Shown here: one piece after another, positions 18,939 to 28,532 of the stretch
Layout of the letters: the number at the start of each line of letters is the position of its first letter
Position numbering within the stretch: the stretch's first letter is position 1
Assembly (NCBI GenBank): GCA_964586135.1
Contig: CAZPGS010000003.1
Location: forward strand, 5,780-37,887
Length of the DNA: 32,108 nt
Source of the DNA: an uncultured Nitrososphaerota archaeon
GTDB taxonomy: Archaea > Thermoproteota > Methanomethylicia > Nezhaarchaeales > WYZ-LMO8
Direction of reading: 5' to 3'
The notes under the pieces: generated by a model
What the model saw: the letters and a program-made list of their open reading frames with translations, nothing else
The model's database searches: none
Told to the model about the DNA's origin: nothing
Translations under genes and position numbers: made by a program

Positions 18939-20207
18939 TCAGCGGGTTACTTGTAGGGGAAGCTCAGCCATGCATTTAACGTTTTCCAACATCTCCTCAA
19001 TCCTGATGAGCTCGTTGTGCTTAACTATCCTCTCTCCGCCCAAAACCCCAGCCTTTATGACCGGACACCTAAACCCAACGGCTAAGTGGCTTATGAACGC
19101 GTCCTCCGTCTCCCCTGACCTGTGCGACATCACTGGCATCAACCCGCCAGCCCTCGCGACTCTCAAGGCTTTGTAGGCATCGGTGAGAGTCCCAACTTGG
19201 TTCGGCTTTATTATGATGGCGTTCGCGGCCTTAAGCTCAAGCCCTTGTTTTATCCTAACCACGTTGGTGGTGAAGAGATCGTCGCCGCATATAAGGGCCC
19301 TATGACCTATAGCCTTCATTAAGAGGCCAAAGCCCTCGAAGTCTTCTTCGTGAAGCGGGTCCTCAACGTACCTCAAATCGTATTCCTCAGTCACTTCGAT
19401 AACGTAGTTTATCTGTTCCTCTCGGGTGCGTCTTCTTCCCTCTCTTCTGAAGAAGTAAGCCTTCTCTTCGGGAATCCACATGCTCGAAGAGGCAAAGTCG
19501 ACCCCCAACACTACCTTGCGCCCGAGCTCGTCGCTCACGTTGTGGCATGCCTCACTTAGGGCTTGAAAGGCCTCCTCGTCTGAGATGTTTGCAACCCATG
19601 CGCCTTCATCGCCCCTGCCTCCGGCAAATGACTTGTCGAGCTTGCCGATTACCTTGCCGGCCTCTCTGTGGACTTTAAAGCAGAGCTCTATGGCCTCACT
19701 ATAACTTCTAGCTTCTACTGGAATTACGAGGAACTCCTGAATGTTCGGGGCTCTTTCTCCAGCGTGCTTTCCCCCGCCTATGACGTTGCCCAAGGGAAAC
19801 GGCATCTCCGTCGCAAACGCCCCTCCTAGGTACTGGAAAAGCGGTAGCCCGAGAGACGAGGCTGCTGCCTTCGCCACTGCTATGGACACCGCTAGCGCAG
19901 CGGCCCCTCCTAATCTTGAAAAGTTTTCAGTTCCATCGATCTCGTGCAATAAGTCGTCGACACCAATTTGGTCGGTAGAGTCCATGCCTATGAGCTTTTC
20001 CGCTACGACCTCGTTCACGAGTTTTACAGCCTCGTCAACTCCTCCTCTAGGAAATGGCACGACTTCGTGGATGCCAGTGCTCGCACCGGCTGGGGCCGAG
20101 GCCTTGCCGAAGCCGTCGACAGTCACGACCTCGACCTCTATCGTTGGCCTCCCACGACTGTCGTAAATCTTCCTAGCGTAGACGTCCTCGATAATCGTCT
20201 CAGCCAA
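18939..20207 (-). CDS. eno: Enolase
   Basis: DSRGRPTIEVEV, PAGASTG, GDEGA, EDPLHEED, GDDLFTTN, KPNQVGTLT, SHRSGETED. TTG start at 20207 follows GGGAGG. Confidence 0.96.
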   Translation of the reverse strand: MAETIIEDVYARKIYDSRGRPTIEVEVVTVDGFGKASAPAGASTGIHEVVPFPRGGVDEAVKLVNEVVAEKLIGMDSTDQIGVDDLLHEIDGTENFSRLGGAAALAVSIAVAKAAASSLGLPLFQYLGGAFATEMPFPLGNVIGGGKHAGERAPNIQEFLVIPVEARSYSEAIELCFKVHREAGKVIGKLDKSFAGGRGDEGAWVANISDEEAFQALSEACHNVSDELGRKVVLGVDFASSSMWIPEEKAYFFRREGRRRTREEQINYVIEVTEEYDLRYVEDPLHEEDFEGFGLLMKAIGHRALICGDDLFTTNVVRIKQGLELKAANAIIIKPNQVGTLTDAYKALRVARAGGLMPVMSHRSGETEDAFISHLAVGFRCPVIKAGVLGGERIVKHNELIRIEEMLENVKCMAELPLQVTR

Positions 20208-20223
20208 CGAGCGTCCTCCCACA

Positions 20224-20430
20224 TCAAGTCGATATCCTCTTGAACATGAGAAGCTCATCTATTAAGTCTATGTGGCTTAACAACATGCGCCTACAACAAT
20301 ACCTCTTGACGCTTAACTCGTCGAGGACCTTCTTGGGATCCTCGCCCTCGTCGACTCGCCTTTTGAACTCTTCATAGAGGTGACCTATTGGCTTGCCGCA
20401 CGTGAAGCATCTTACGGGTATTATGACCAT
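20224..20430 (-). CDS. rpoN: RNA polymerase subunit Rpo10 (RpoN)
   Basis: [21 protein letters not shown]. Confidence 0.97.
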   Translation of the reverse strand: MVIIPVRCFTCGKPIGHLYEEFKRRVDEGEDPKKVLDELSVKRYCCRRMLLSHIDLIDELLMFKRIST

Positions 20431-20446
20431 GAGCGCTCACTTCGCG

Positions 20447-20860
20447 CTACCTATAGCTCTTCTGCCTCTTAGCCCTTGCTGATCTGCCGCGAGGTTTCTT
20501 TGGTTCTGCCTCTCGGGGGTCTCCCACCAACATGTGCCTGTCGTATTGAAGGAGTATTTGCTTGACCTCGGGCTTGTCTTTGAAAAACTCGACGAGCCCC
20601 CTAGCTATCGCTATCCTGGATGCGACGGCTTGACCCATGAACCCCCCGCCTTTGACGCTTACGTCTATGTCGACGAGGCTCTTCAAATCCCCTACGAGTA
20701 ATAGGGGCTCTATGATCTTCCAGCGTGCTATTTCAGGCTCTATGATCTCAAGGGGCTTGCCGTTGATGAAGACCATCCCCTTTCCGGGCTTTATGACAGC
20801 TCTTGCTATTGCCGCCTTCCTCTTACCGCTAGTCAAGACTATCCTCTGAGCAACGCTCAT
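20447..20860 (-). CDS. rps9: 30S ribosomal protein S9
   Basis: [42 protein letters not shown] overlaps the rpl13 stop. Confidence 0.97.
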   Translation of the reverse strand: MSVAQRIVLTSGKRKAAIARAVIKPGKGMVFINGKPLEIIEPEIARWKIIEPLLLVGDLKSLVDIDVSVKGGGFMGQAVASRIAIARGLVEFFKDKPEVKQILLQYDRHMLVGDPREAEPKKPRGRSARAKRQKSYR

Positions 20861-21303
20861 GAGCTCCACCCGACCCCCTTGGCGAGCTCGCTTACCGTTA
20901 TATATCTCTTAGCGAGCCGAGACGCGTCGGCCTCAGGAAACTTTATCTTATGCCTGCTGAGGTACTCTTCAGGAACGCCAATATAAACCCTCAAGTTCTT
21001 GTAGGCCATCCTGCCCCTCCACTGCTTGTATGGGAGCATGCCCCTTATGGTCCGTTTAACGATCATGTCCGGCCTTCTGCACTTCTTGGGGCCCTTCTCG
21101 GGCATTTTCCACGTCTTCTTCGACAATACGTACTCCTTGTACTCTTCGATTATTGATTGCTTGTCCCCTGATATGACCGCCTTCTCTGCATTTACGATTA
21201 CAACTCTCTGACCCGTCAAGAGCATCTTGGCGACTAGGCTCGCCATCCTCCCGAGGATCTGCCCCTCAGCATCTACGACGACTTCTTGATCCATGATCAT
21301 CAC
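20857..21303 (-). CDS. rpl13: 50S ribosomal protein L13
   Basis: [32 protein letters not shown]. Confidence 0.97.
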   Translation of the reverse strand: MMIMDQEVVVDAEGQILGRMASLVAKMLLTGQRVVIVNAEKAVISGDKQSIIEEYKEYVLSKKTWKMPEKGPKKCRRPDMIVKRTIRGMLPYKQWRGRMAYKNLRVYIGVPEEYLSRHKIKFPEADASRLAKRYITVSELAKGVGWSS

Positions 21304-21662
21304 CCTATGATCTTAATGCCAGAGCCAGTAGGCCTCTCGAGTATCAGTTGCTCTATGGTCAAAGCCCTTCCGCCCGATTTCTCGATCTTCTCCTCAGCGC
21401 TCTTGGAGAACCAGAGAGCAGCCACTACGACCGGGTGGTCGATGGACCCGGCACCAAGGACTTTGCCTGGCACGACCACCACGTCGTTGGCTCGAGTGTG
21501 CCTGTTGATCTTGCTGACGTTCACGGCAATCCTCTTCCTCTTTGGCCTATGGACCCTCTCCATGAGGTCTCTCCACAGCCTAGCGTGGTGTTCTCTATAG
21601 GCTCTCCTCAGTGCTATTACGACCCTCTTAATCATTGGGTTGGTAGCCCTTATTTCCTTCAC
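21300..21662 (-). CDS. rpl18e: 50S ribosomal protein L18e
   Basis: TNP, VNVSKINR, VVPGKVLGAG, FSKSAEEKI. Confidence 0.96.
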   Translation of the reverse strand: MKEIRATNPMIKRVVIALRRAYREHHARLWRDLMERVHRPKRKRIAVNVSKINRHTRANDVVVVPGKVLGAGSIDHPVVVAALWFSKSAEEKIEKSGGRALTIEQLILERPTGSGIKIIG

Positions 21663-22468
21663 AATGCTTCCTCCAAGGCATTCATGAAGCGCTTGGCCTT
21701 ATCAATGAGCACGTTGGCCGACTTAACCATTACGTCTTCGGGGGACATAGCCCCGGTAGACTCCAAGTAAAATATGAAGGATCCATCGACTTTACCAACA
21801 TTGATGGCGCCTTTAGGACAGGCCTCCACGCAATCACCGCACAACGTGCACTTTAAGACGTCAGCTACCTTGACCTTATCCTCATCTAGCTTTAGCACGG
21901 ACCTCGCACAGACCTCGATGCATTTTCCGCACCCATCGCATAAGTCTTCCACGACGTCCACTTTAGGGTAGTATTTATACGCGCACGCAGAGACTGGTTG
22001 CCACTTCGCATGGTCTTTGCCTATCCCGAGTTGGGCGTACGCCTCTAGCACCAGCGCTTGGCCTGCCTCAAGCTTGACTATCGGTATGTCGCTGTAGACG
22101 GGCCTCACGTTGGGGTCGTCGGAAAGCAGGTCTCTGGCGTACACTACCATCGGGTACTCGGCCTTAACATCTAAGTAGAGCCTCACTTGGCACTTTGGGC
22201 ATCCAGAGCCCTGGCACTCGCAGTCCTTGGGCATCACGTAGCCGTCCTTAGGAGCCGTCAAGGGTACTAAGCCGAGTCTGTGGGCTATGATCTCGTCGAA
22301 TAGTACTGAGGAGTTCGTCAGGATGACCACGTCCTCAATAGCCATCGTCGGGACTTCGGCTATAGCCGCTCTTCTTAGGGAGTTCACGAAAGCTGTGCTG
22401 ACGCCCCTAATCACGAAGCGCAACTCGTTGCCCTGCCTCTCTAGAAGCTCTACCTCCATGGCGGGCAA
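21659..22468 (-). CDS. rpoD: RNA polymerase subunit Rpo3 (RpoD) with ferredoxin-like Fe-S domain
   Basis: NSLRRA, N.SVLFDEIIAHRLGLVPL, G.GKDHAKWQP, two CxxCxxCxxxC motifs. Confidence 0.96.
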   Translation of the reverse strand: MPAMEVELLERQGNELRFVIRGVSTAFVNSLRRAAIAEVPTMAIEDVVILTNSSVLFDEIIAHRLGLVPLTAPKDGYVMPKDCECQGSGCPKCQVRLYLDVKAEYPMVVYARDLLSDDPNVRPVYSDIPIVKLEAGQALVLEAYAQLGIGKDHAKWQPVSACAYKYYPKVDVVEDLCDGCGKCIEVCARSVLKLDEDKVKVADVLKCTLCGDCVEACPKGAINVGKVDGSFIFYLESTGAMSPEDVMVKSANVLIDKAKRFMNALEEAL

Positions 22469-22474
22469 GCCCTC

Positions 22475-22924
22475 CTACACTCTCCTACCGCGCCTGCCAC
22501 CGGGCCTCCTTATGTGGTCATGCGGTATCGGGGTCACGTCTTCTATGCTTCCTATGATCATGCCAGCCCTTGCTAAGGCCCTTATAGCTGCCTGAGCCCC
22601 CGGGCCTGGGATCTTGGGGCCGCTGCCGCCGGGCGCCCTGACCCTGATGTGTATTGCGTTTATGCCCCTCTCCATGGCCATCTTGGCCGCTTTCGTGGCC
22701 GCGAGCATAGCGGCATAGGGTGAAGGCTTTTCCCTATCGGCCTTAACGACCACCCCGCCCGAGGCCCTCGCTACGGTCTCGGAGCCAGTTATGTCCGTTA
22801 TCAGTATTATCGTGTTATTGAAGCTAGCGTAAATCCATGCAATGCCCCAGTTGAGGGTCTTCGATGAGCTTTGAGCTGAGGGGCTCGGGACTTGAGACGT
22901 GGAAGCAGAGGGAGCGGAGGACAT
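22475..22924 (-). CDS. rps11: 30S ribosomal protein S11 (Ser/Pro-rich N-terminal extension)
   Basis: [52 protein letters not shown]. Confidence 0.97.
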   Translation of the reverse strand: MSSAPSASTSQVPSPSAQSSSKTLNWGIAWIYASFNNTIILITDITGSETVARASGGVVVKADREKPSPYAAMLAATKAAKMAMERGINAIHIRVRAPGGSGPKIPGPGAQAAIRALARAGMIIGSIEDVTPIPHDHIRRPGGRRGRRV

Positions 22925-23421
22925 CAGCCTTCACCTCCACCGCTTTGGAGGGAGATGGGCTGGCCGACTAAGTTTATGAGCCTCTCCTCGTCTATTGTCA
23001 CCAGCCTATTGGGAGTCCTCACCCTCATCCCGCCTATGGCCACATGGCCGTGGACTATTAGCTGGCGAGCATGGTGCATACTCTTGGCCAAGCCCTTCCT
23101 GTAGACTATGGTCTGAAGCCTTCTCTCTAAGACGTCTTCAACCCTCAGCGAGAGTACGTCGTCGAGCGTGGCGTTCGCTGGTAAGAGGCCGAGCCTATAT
23201 AGTCTGCCCAATAGCTCTTGGACTCGTCTCTCATCCCTCTGGGCCAAAAGCCTTCTAGCGTAGTGCCTAAACTTCCTCAAAATGGTCATAGCCTTCCAGA
23301 GCTCGCGCTTGTTTCTGAGGCCGTAAATCCCGAGGAGCTCCATCTCCCTCCTGAGCACGTCCCTCCTCCAGGGATGTCGTGGACCTTTCCAGGTCTTCTT
23401 AGGCTTCTTTGGATCCCCCAT
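22924..23421 (-). CDS. rps4: 30S ribosomal protein S4
   Basis: [35 protein letters not shown]. Confidence 0.97.
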   Translation of the reverse strand: MGDPKKPKKTWKGPRHPWRRDVLRREMELLGIYGLRNKRELWKAMTILRKFRHYARRLLAQRDERRVQELLGRLYRLGLLPANATLDDVLSLRVEDVLERRLQTIVYRKGLAKSMHHARQLIVHGHVAIGGMRVRTPNRLVTIDEERLINLVGQPISLQSGGGEG

Positions 23422-23435
23422 AAGGCCACCTTCGC

Positions 23436-23888
23436 CTACCCTTTCGGCTTCTTCTTAACCCCAACGGTCATGCCGACCCTACCCGTGGTTCTAGTGCGTT
23501 GTCCCCTGACCTTTAAGCCGAGGGCGTGCCTTATGCCGCGCCAGCACTTAACCCTCTTGAGCCTCTCCACGTCCTCCTTGACGGTGAGCACTAAGTCCGG
23601 ACCTATCAAAAGTTTGTACTCTCCAGTCTTGTAGTCCTTCTGCCTATTGAGGGCCCAGCGGGGGATGCCATATCTCATAGGATTGGCTACGACGTCCTCT
23701 ATCTTCTTAACTATGACGTCTGACAAGTAGCCGATCCTCATGGTCCTGTCCAAGTCGAGTGCATTAACTATGGCCCTAGCGAGTGTTGGGCCTACGCCTC
23801 TAATCCTAGCTAGGCCTTCCTCTATGTTTAGGCCGCCGTCTATGTCTACTCCTGCTATTCTGATTATGTGCCTGAACTCTTGGGACAT
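23436..23888 (-). CDS. rps13: 30S ribosomal protein S13
   Basis: FRHIIRIAGVDIDG, NRQKD, WRGIRHALGLKVRGQRTRTTGR. Confidence 0.97.
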   Translation of the reverse strand: MSQEFRHIIRIAGVDIDGGLNIEEGLARIRGVGPTLARAIVNALDLDRTMRIGYLSDVIVKKIEDVVANPMRYGIPRWALNRQKDYKTGEYKLLIGPDLVLTVKEDVERLKRVKCWRGIRHALGLKVRGQRTRTTGRVGMTVGVKKKPKG

Positions 23889-24389
23889 TGCCGGCCCTCT
23901 CTTGCGGTAACATTTTGTGAGTTAGAGAGCCAGATGGCGGTAAATATACTTTACTAAAAAGGTCTAAAGATTTCCATCCTCGAGGCAATGACCGGCGTCG
24001 CGCTTACGCCGTAAGGACCTTTATTTGAACAGCTTCGCAAACGTCGTTGCGACCTCAGAAGGTAGCGCATGTGATTGGCATTATGACGGGCTCTGACATA
24101 AGCTATACCCCATCCATATAAAAGCGAACTTTTACGAACGCCGAAGCCGAAATCTTTGGCAAGCTCGCGTCGCTGGTTAACAACGCGTATACCGTCGCCA
24201 CACCTTAAGCCCCCTTATCTTGCGTCGTCTTGGCCTTTCAACGTGGTCCTCGCCGCCGAGAGCCCCTCGTCCCTCGAGGGCAAGCTCTAGATCACGCTTA
24301 TCACGCCTGCGCTCGTCCCTGCTCGTCGAGCAAGGCTCAGCGACCTCTCGAGTAAAGGATATCTTGTGAATATTTGAGTTAAGCTAAGG

Positions 24390-24800
24390 GTGACGCCCGT
24401 GATAAGTGAAGAGCAGGTCGAAGCCTTTCTAGATGAGCATAACGTCTTTGCGGTTGTGGGGGTCAGCCGCAACCCTCAAAAGTACGGCCATCAAGTGTAT
24501 AAAGACCTCAAGAGTGCTGGCTATAAAGTGTACCCGGTGAACCCCAACGCTCAGGAGGTTCTAGGCAATAAGTGCTATCCGTGTCTAGAGGAGCTCCCTG
24601 AGAGGCCCGATGTCGTCGTGACAGTGGTCCCTCCGCAAGTGACAGAGCAGGTCGTCAAGACATGCAAGGAGCTGGAGATAAAGAGGGTGTGGATGCAGCC
24701 AGGCTCCGAGTCAGAAGAAGCGATAAGGTTCTGCAAGGAGAACGGTCTAGAAGTGGTTTACGACAAGTGCATAATGGTCGAGAGGAAAAGGAGGAAATGA
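24390..24800 (+). CDS. CoA-binding domain protein (YccU-like)
   Basis: AVVGVSRNP.KYG, YPVNP, CYP.L.ELP, VWMQPG.ES, CIMV. Confidence 0.92.
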   Translation: MTPVISEEQVEAFLDEHNVFAVVGVSRNPQKYGHQVYKDLKSAGYKVYPVNPNAQEVLGNKCYPCLEELPERPDVVVTVVPPQVTEQVVKTCKELEIKRVWMQPGSESEEAIRFCKENGLEVVYDKCIMVERKRRK

Positions 24801-25235
24801 CTGCTCATAACGGCTAAAGATTAATGCGAACTACCCCATCCTTTAACGGAAATTTTGGCAAGCTAAAGCAGTCATTTAAGTGGTAGCTTAGCAATTTTTG
24901 TCCGTATAACTTCAGGTCCCCACCACGTCGACATAAATGTTCACATATGTGCAAGAAGTTTAAGACGTCTTCTGAGGCCATAGCTACTACTCTTGAGGCC
25001 TGTGAGTCATCTTTCGAAGCTTAAGAGGCTTAGAGACCTCAAGTGTGATCCTCGGATCGGCAAAGGGTCCTCGAAATTTGGACTTGGCAAGGACTCGAAT
25101 GGCACCTCAAAAGAAGGTCAAATATGTCTTAAAGGACTTGAGAAAAGCTCGGGCATCATAAGAGTAGAGATGCGCGCGCCTTTATGGTTGTGCTAAGAGA
25201 CGGCCGCTATTGGGAATAAGGATTGTAGAGAATGC

Positions 25236-26579
25236 TTAGAGCTTTGTAAACGCATCTAGAGCTGCTATAACGATTGGATTTGCTCCTGGAGATGCTGTTA
25301 ACTTCGGATGTGATGCGAACTCCATGGTGATGACCTCGTCGATCTTCATCTCGTTCTGGATAGCTATTGATAGCGCGTTGATGACCTCTGCAATTTCATG
25401 GCATGTGCTGGCGCCCTGCGCCCCTACGAGGGTTCCATCTTTTAAGAACACCAGCTTTAGCTCTATTTCGCATGCGCCTGAAAGCCATGTTGGGTGTCTG
25501 TTGACAACCTTTGACCTCCCAACCACATATGCAAGGTTCCTCCTCTTAGCGAAGCTCTCGGTAACACCAGCGCAGCCCAATACTAAGTCTCCAACTTTTG
25601 TCACAAATGTCCCGCACCACCCCTTCATCCTTTTGACCGTCCTCACGCCATAAAGGTTCGTGACAGCTATGTTTGCTTCTTGACAAGCAATTGATGCTAA
25701 CAGGAATGGCGCGGGTTCTCCGAGCAGGAAGTGTCTTTTCTCAGCGCAATCCCCAATAGCAAGTATATCTGGGTCGCTAGTCCTCATGTACTCATCGACG
25801 ATAATGCCACGATCTCCAACGTTTAAGTCGATCTTCTTGGCCAGCTCTACGCTTGGGCGATAACCGCTTGCGACGACGACCAGATCAGCTGGCAGGCTCT
25901 CTCCATCGTCGAGCTCTACGCCCTCTACCTCTTCCTTGCCGTAGATCCTTTTGACCGTTCTCTGCGTTATTATCTTCACGCCTTTTTGTTTCAATTGCTC
26001 TTCCGCCTTTATTGCGAATTCTTCATCGAAGTTCAGGATTAGGCAGTGCGGAAGCACTTCTACTATCGTTACGTCTTTCTTAAGGTTCGCCACATCATCA
26101 GCGATCTCTACTCCCACGAACCCACCGCCAATTATGACGATCTTGCTCGCTCCTCTAATCGCCTTTTGCAGTTCTACGACTTTTTCGTAGCCCTTGTAGA
26201 CTGCAACCACGTTCTTCAAATTGATACCGTCTATGGGTGGGACGGAAGGCCTCCCGCCAACGGCTAAAATTAGTTTGTCATACCCATAGGTCTTGCCGGA
26301 GGCGACTATGACCCTCTTGTTCTTCCTGTCAACGTCGACCACTTCGTCGACAACGATGCTTACCCCCCGTTTGGTAAGCGCATCATATGGTAATAGAGCA
26401 CTGTCACAGCTCTCTATCGAGTACGGCACGTAAGGTATTGCACACGGTATGACTGCCTTACGCTCCCTAGTTATGAGGAGAACCGATTTGTCCTCGTAAA
26501 GCCTCCTAGCCCTGAGCGCTGCTGGAACTCCGCTCGCACCTCCGCCGACTATTACTATATCATACTTATTCTCGTTCAT
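25236..26579 (-). CDS. FAD-dependent pyridine nucleotide-disulfide oxidoreductase (NADH oxidase / CoA-disulfide reductase family)
   Basis: IVGGGASG, single redox Cys in PCAIPY, YDKLILA.G, IIGGGFVGVE, TSDPDILAIGDC. Confidence 0.9.
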   Translation of the reverse strand: MNENKYDIVIVGGGASGVPAALRARRLYEDKSVLLITRERKAVIPCAIPYVPYSIESCDSALLPYDALTKRGVSIVVDEVVDVDRKNKRVIVASGKTYGYDKLILAVGGRPSVPPIDGINLKNVVAVYKGYEKVVELQKAIRGASKIVIIGGGFVGVEIADDVANLKKDVTIVEVLPHCLILNFDEEFAIKAEEQLKQKGVKIITQRTVKRIYGKEEVEGVELDDGESLPADLVVVASGYRPSVELAKKIDLNVGDRGIIVDEYMRTSDPDILAIGDCAEKRHFLLGEPAPFLLASIACQEANIAVTNLYGVRTVKRMKGWCGTFVTKVGDLVLGCAGVTESFAKRRNLAYVVGRSKVVNRHPTWLSGACEIELKLVFLKDGTLVGAQGASTCHEIAEVINALSIAIQNEMKIDEVITMEFASHPKLTASPGANPIVIAALDAFTKL

Positions 26580-26883
26580 AGCCTTTAACCCCGCTCGTAT
26601 GAGTTGCTGTTCTAGAAAAATATTACGCCGAGTCTAAGGACCGTAAGACGTCCAAAAAAGTTGCTCGCGATGTTAACCCAAATGTTCTAAGCCCTACACA
26701 AGTCGATAAGAGGTCAAGTCGCGCGCACCTCAAAGCGCGTCGTCTTTGATAAGTCATTGAAGCTTGCGAATAGAGCTTAACTTGCCTCGTAATTTCTGCG
26801 CAAAGCCATACACGCAGGAATGCGCACGAGAAACAAAAATTCTCTGCAAATATAACCGCAGGGCGTAGGGGGTTGTTTTAACG

Positions 26884-27452
26884 ATGGAATTATCCACAGA
26901 AGCGAAGGAATTAGTAAAGAGATTTCTAAAGACGGAAAAGCAAAAGAATTATCAAAAAGGATTATCAATTTGATTTTCTTGTCGATTATCAAAAGTGTAT
27001 AAAGTGGGAAGATGTAGAAATAGGAGTGGAAGAAGAGGTCAGCAAGGAGGAGTTTGTTGTAACGAAGAGTGATGTAGACGCTTATAATGAAGAAACCGAC
27101 GAGGTAAGTCTAGTCTTCACAAGTGAAGAATTTGCAAAGAAGACGGCGTGTGGAGGACCTATCACTCCGCCCATGTTTATCACGCCCATAGCTTTCTAGT
27201 TGGCTGGAGATAGTGAAATAGGTAATTGGATTGAGACTCCGAGCGCCATAAACCCTGGGCAGAAAAAAATTGAATTTTATGAGCCCATCAGGGTGGGCGA
27301 TGTCATCAAGGCAAGAATGGTAGCATACGACAAGTGCATCAAAAAGAGGAAAGCGTTACTTAACATACTACATAGAGTTTTTCAATCAGCGAGGCGAGAT
27401 AGTCACTATAGGAAAGGCCGAGGTATACTTATCTTCGTGCGCTAACAAGTGA
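26884..27452 (+). pseudogene. MaoC/hot-dog-fold dehydratase pseudogene
   Basis: Reconstructed ..KWEDVEIG..EEFAKKT..GGPITPP..(TAG 27197)..EFYEPIRVGDVI..[frameshift in A-run near 27341]..RGKRYLTYYIEFFNQRGEIV. Another frameshift follows the ATG at 26884. Confidence 0.7.
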
Positions 27453-27553
27453 TAGCAGGTAACTTGCGCAGTCATCGCTATGGACTTGGACGTAAAACAG
27501 AGAAAGGTGCTAAGGCCCAGCATGGCCTACGCATATACTTTTTCCGAGCAGAC

Positions 27554-27790
27554 ATACCTTTCAATACCACAATAATTACCCCTAAAATCTACGAGGCGTC
27601 GTCGAAGCTTAAGAAGCCCGGAAAGAGATTTTCAGGCGCTGTCCTCGGGCTGGTAAGGGGGATTTCCGGCATTTTGGAGCTGACGGGAGCTTGGAGCGAC
27701 GTCGGGGAGGAGAGGGGCCGAGGGCATCTTTAGGGAAATCAGAAAGACGCAAACCTTGTGGAGGCTCCGGCAAAAGCCTTGCTTGACATG
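27554..27790 (+). pseudogene. Degraded VapB-type antitoxin
   Basis: (ATA)PFNTTIITPKIYEASSKLKKPGKRFSGAV..ILELTGAWSDV resembles archaeal VapB (KTITIS.EVYE.L.KLK.PGESFS.VI..L..LAGAW). Start codon lost, frameshifted end; boundaries approximate. Confidence 0.5.
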
Positions 27791-27870
27791 GACGATGTCA
27801 TAGGCTTTTAGAGCATTGAGAGACGGCGTTGACTATGTTAAGGAGCGAGCAATTGCGATAGAGAACATGG
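27758..27870 (+). pseudogene. Degraded VapC/PIN toxin N-terminal fragment
   Basis: VEAPAKALLDMDDVIGFL then frameshifted LRDGVDYVKE; resembles the PIN start LLDTDVLI.FLRG..DAV; overlaps the vapB remnant. Confidence 0.4.
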
Positions 27871-27939
27871 GCTCCCCTTTAAGACCTCTAGGAAAGACAC
27901 ATGACCTTAAGACCTCAACGCCTTCGATCAGTGTTTTAG

Positions 27940-28014
27940 TGCGGCCGCCGGGATTTGAACCCGGGTCCGCAGCGTGGCAGGCTGCCGTCCTAGTCCAGGC
28001 TAGACTACGGCCGC
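27940..28014 (-). tRNA. tRNA-Gly(GCC), no intron, CCA not encoded
   Basis: GCGGCCG acceptor stem, anticodon arm GCAGC-CTGCCAC-GCTGC, T-arm CCGGG-TTCAAAT-CCCGG. Confidence 0.97.
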
Positions 28015-28039
28015 CTCTTTTCTACATTGAGAGGGTGGA

Positions 28040-28474
28040 TTATAGGTTTTTCTTCGCCGTCCTTAGTAGCTCCTCTATCTTTGACAAATGCCTCGAGAGG
28101 TAAACGGCTTGGCTCGAGGCCTCTATTAGCGCCCCCCTCTCTACTACTAAATGCTTCATCCTCACATCGGCTTGCGCTATCCTCTTCGCTTGCTCTGCCA
28201 CTACGTGTAGTTGCGTACAGTGGGGAGAGCCGTCCATCGTCACTACCGCTATCGAGGAGGGCCTCGCGTAGGCAATTATCGTGGCTATCTTGAAGCCGAC
28301 CTTGTCTAAGTGCTCCTCGCTCATGCACACACTGAGCGCCGTCTTCCCCTTGGCCTCCTCCTCAAAGACCTCTGGGTACTCCATCGGCAAGCACTTACTG
28401 TAGATGAGCAAGTCCTTGCCCTTCAGAAAGGGGCTTGTGACGCTTACGGCCATTAACTCCAAACTTCTCCACAT
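28040..28474 (-). CDS. Conserved archaeal Cys-containing protein (possible Fe-S/metal-binding domain)
   Basis: 144 aa from ATG at 28474, divergent from the MFS gene; spaced Cys in SKC, SVC and DGSPHC. Confidence 0.65.
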   Translation of the reverse strand: MWRSLELMAVSVTSPFLKGKDLLIYSKCLPMEYPEVFEEEAKGKTALSVCMSEEHLDKVGFKIATIIAYARPSSIAVVTMDGSPHCTQLHVVAEQAKRIAQADVRMKHLVVERGALIEASSQAVYLSRHLSKIEELLRTAKKNL

Positions 28475-28532
28475 GAAGTTATTTATGCCAGCTGGTTGAA
28501 TAAAACGTTCACCACAGTCTTGGGGCCTCACG

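Noticed and set aside
24993-25196. 67-aa ORF or possible winged-HTH relic (KKVKYVLKDL / GIIRVE in different frames)
   Set aside because: Similarity is too short and needs frameshifts. It cannot be supported without a search.
27197-27199. In-frame TAG in the MaoC-like gene as pyrrolysine
   Set aside because: The gene also has two frameshifts, so decay is the simpler explanation.
27816-28103. ORFs overlapping tRNAs (also 30552-30788) and the many antisense ORFs over housekeeping genes
   Set aside because: Shadow frames of tRNAs or of well-supported genes on the opposite strand.
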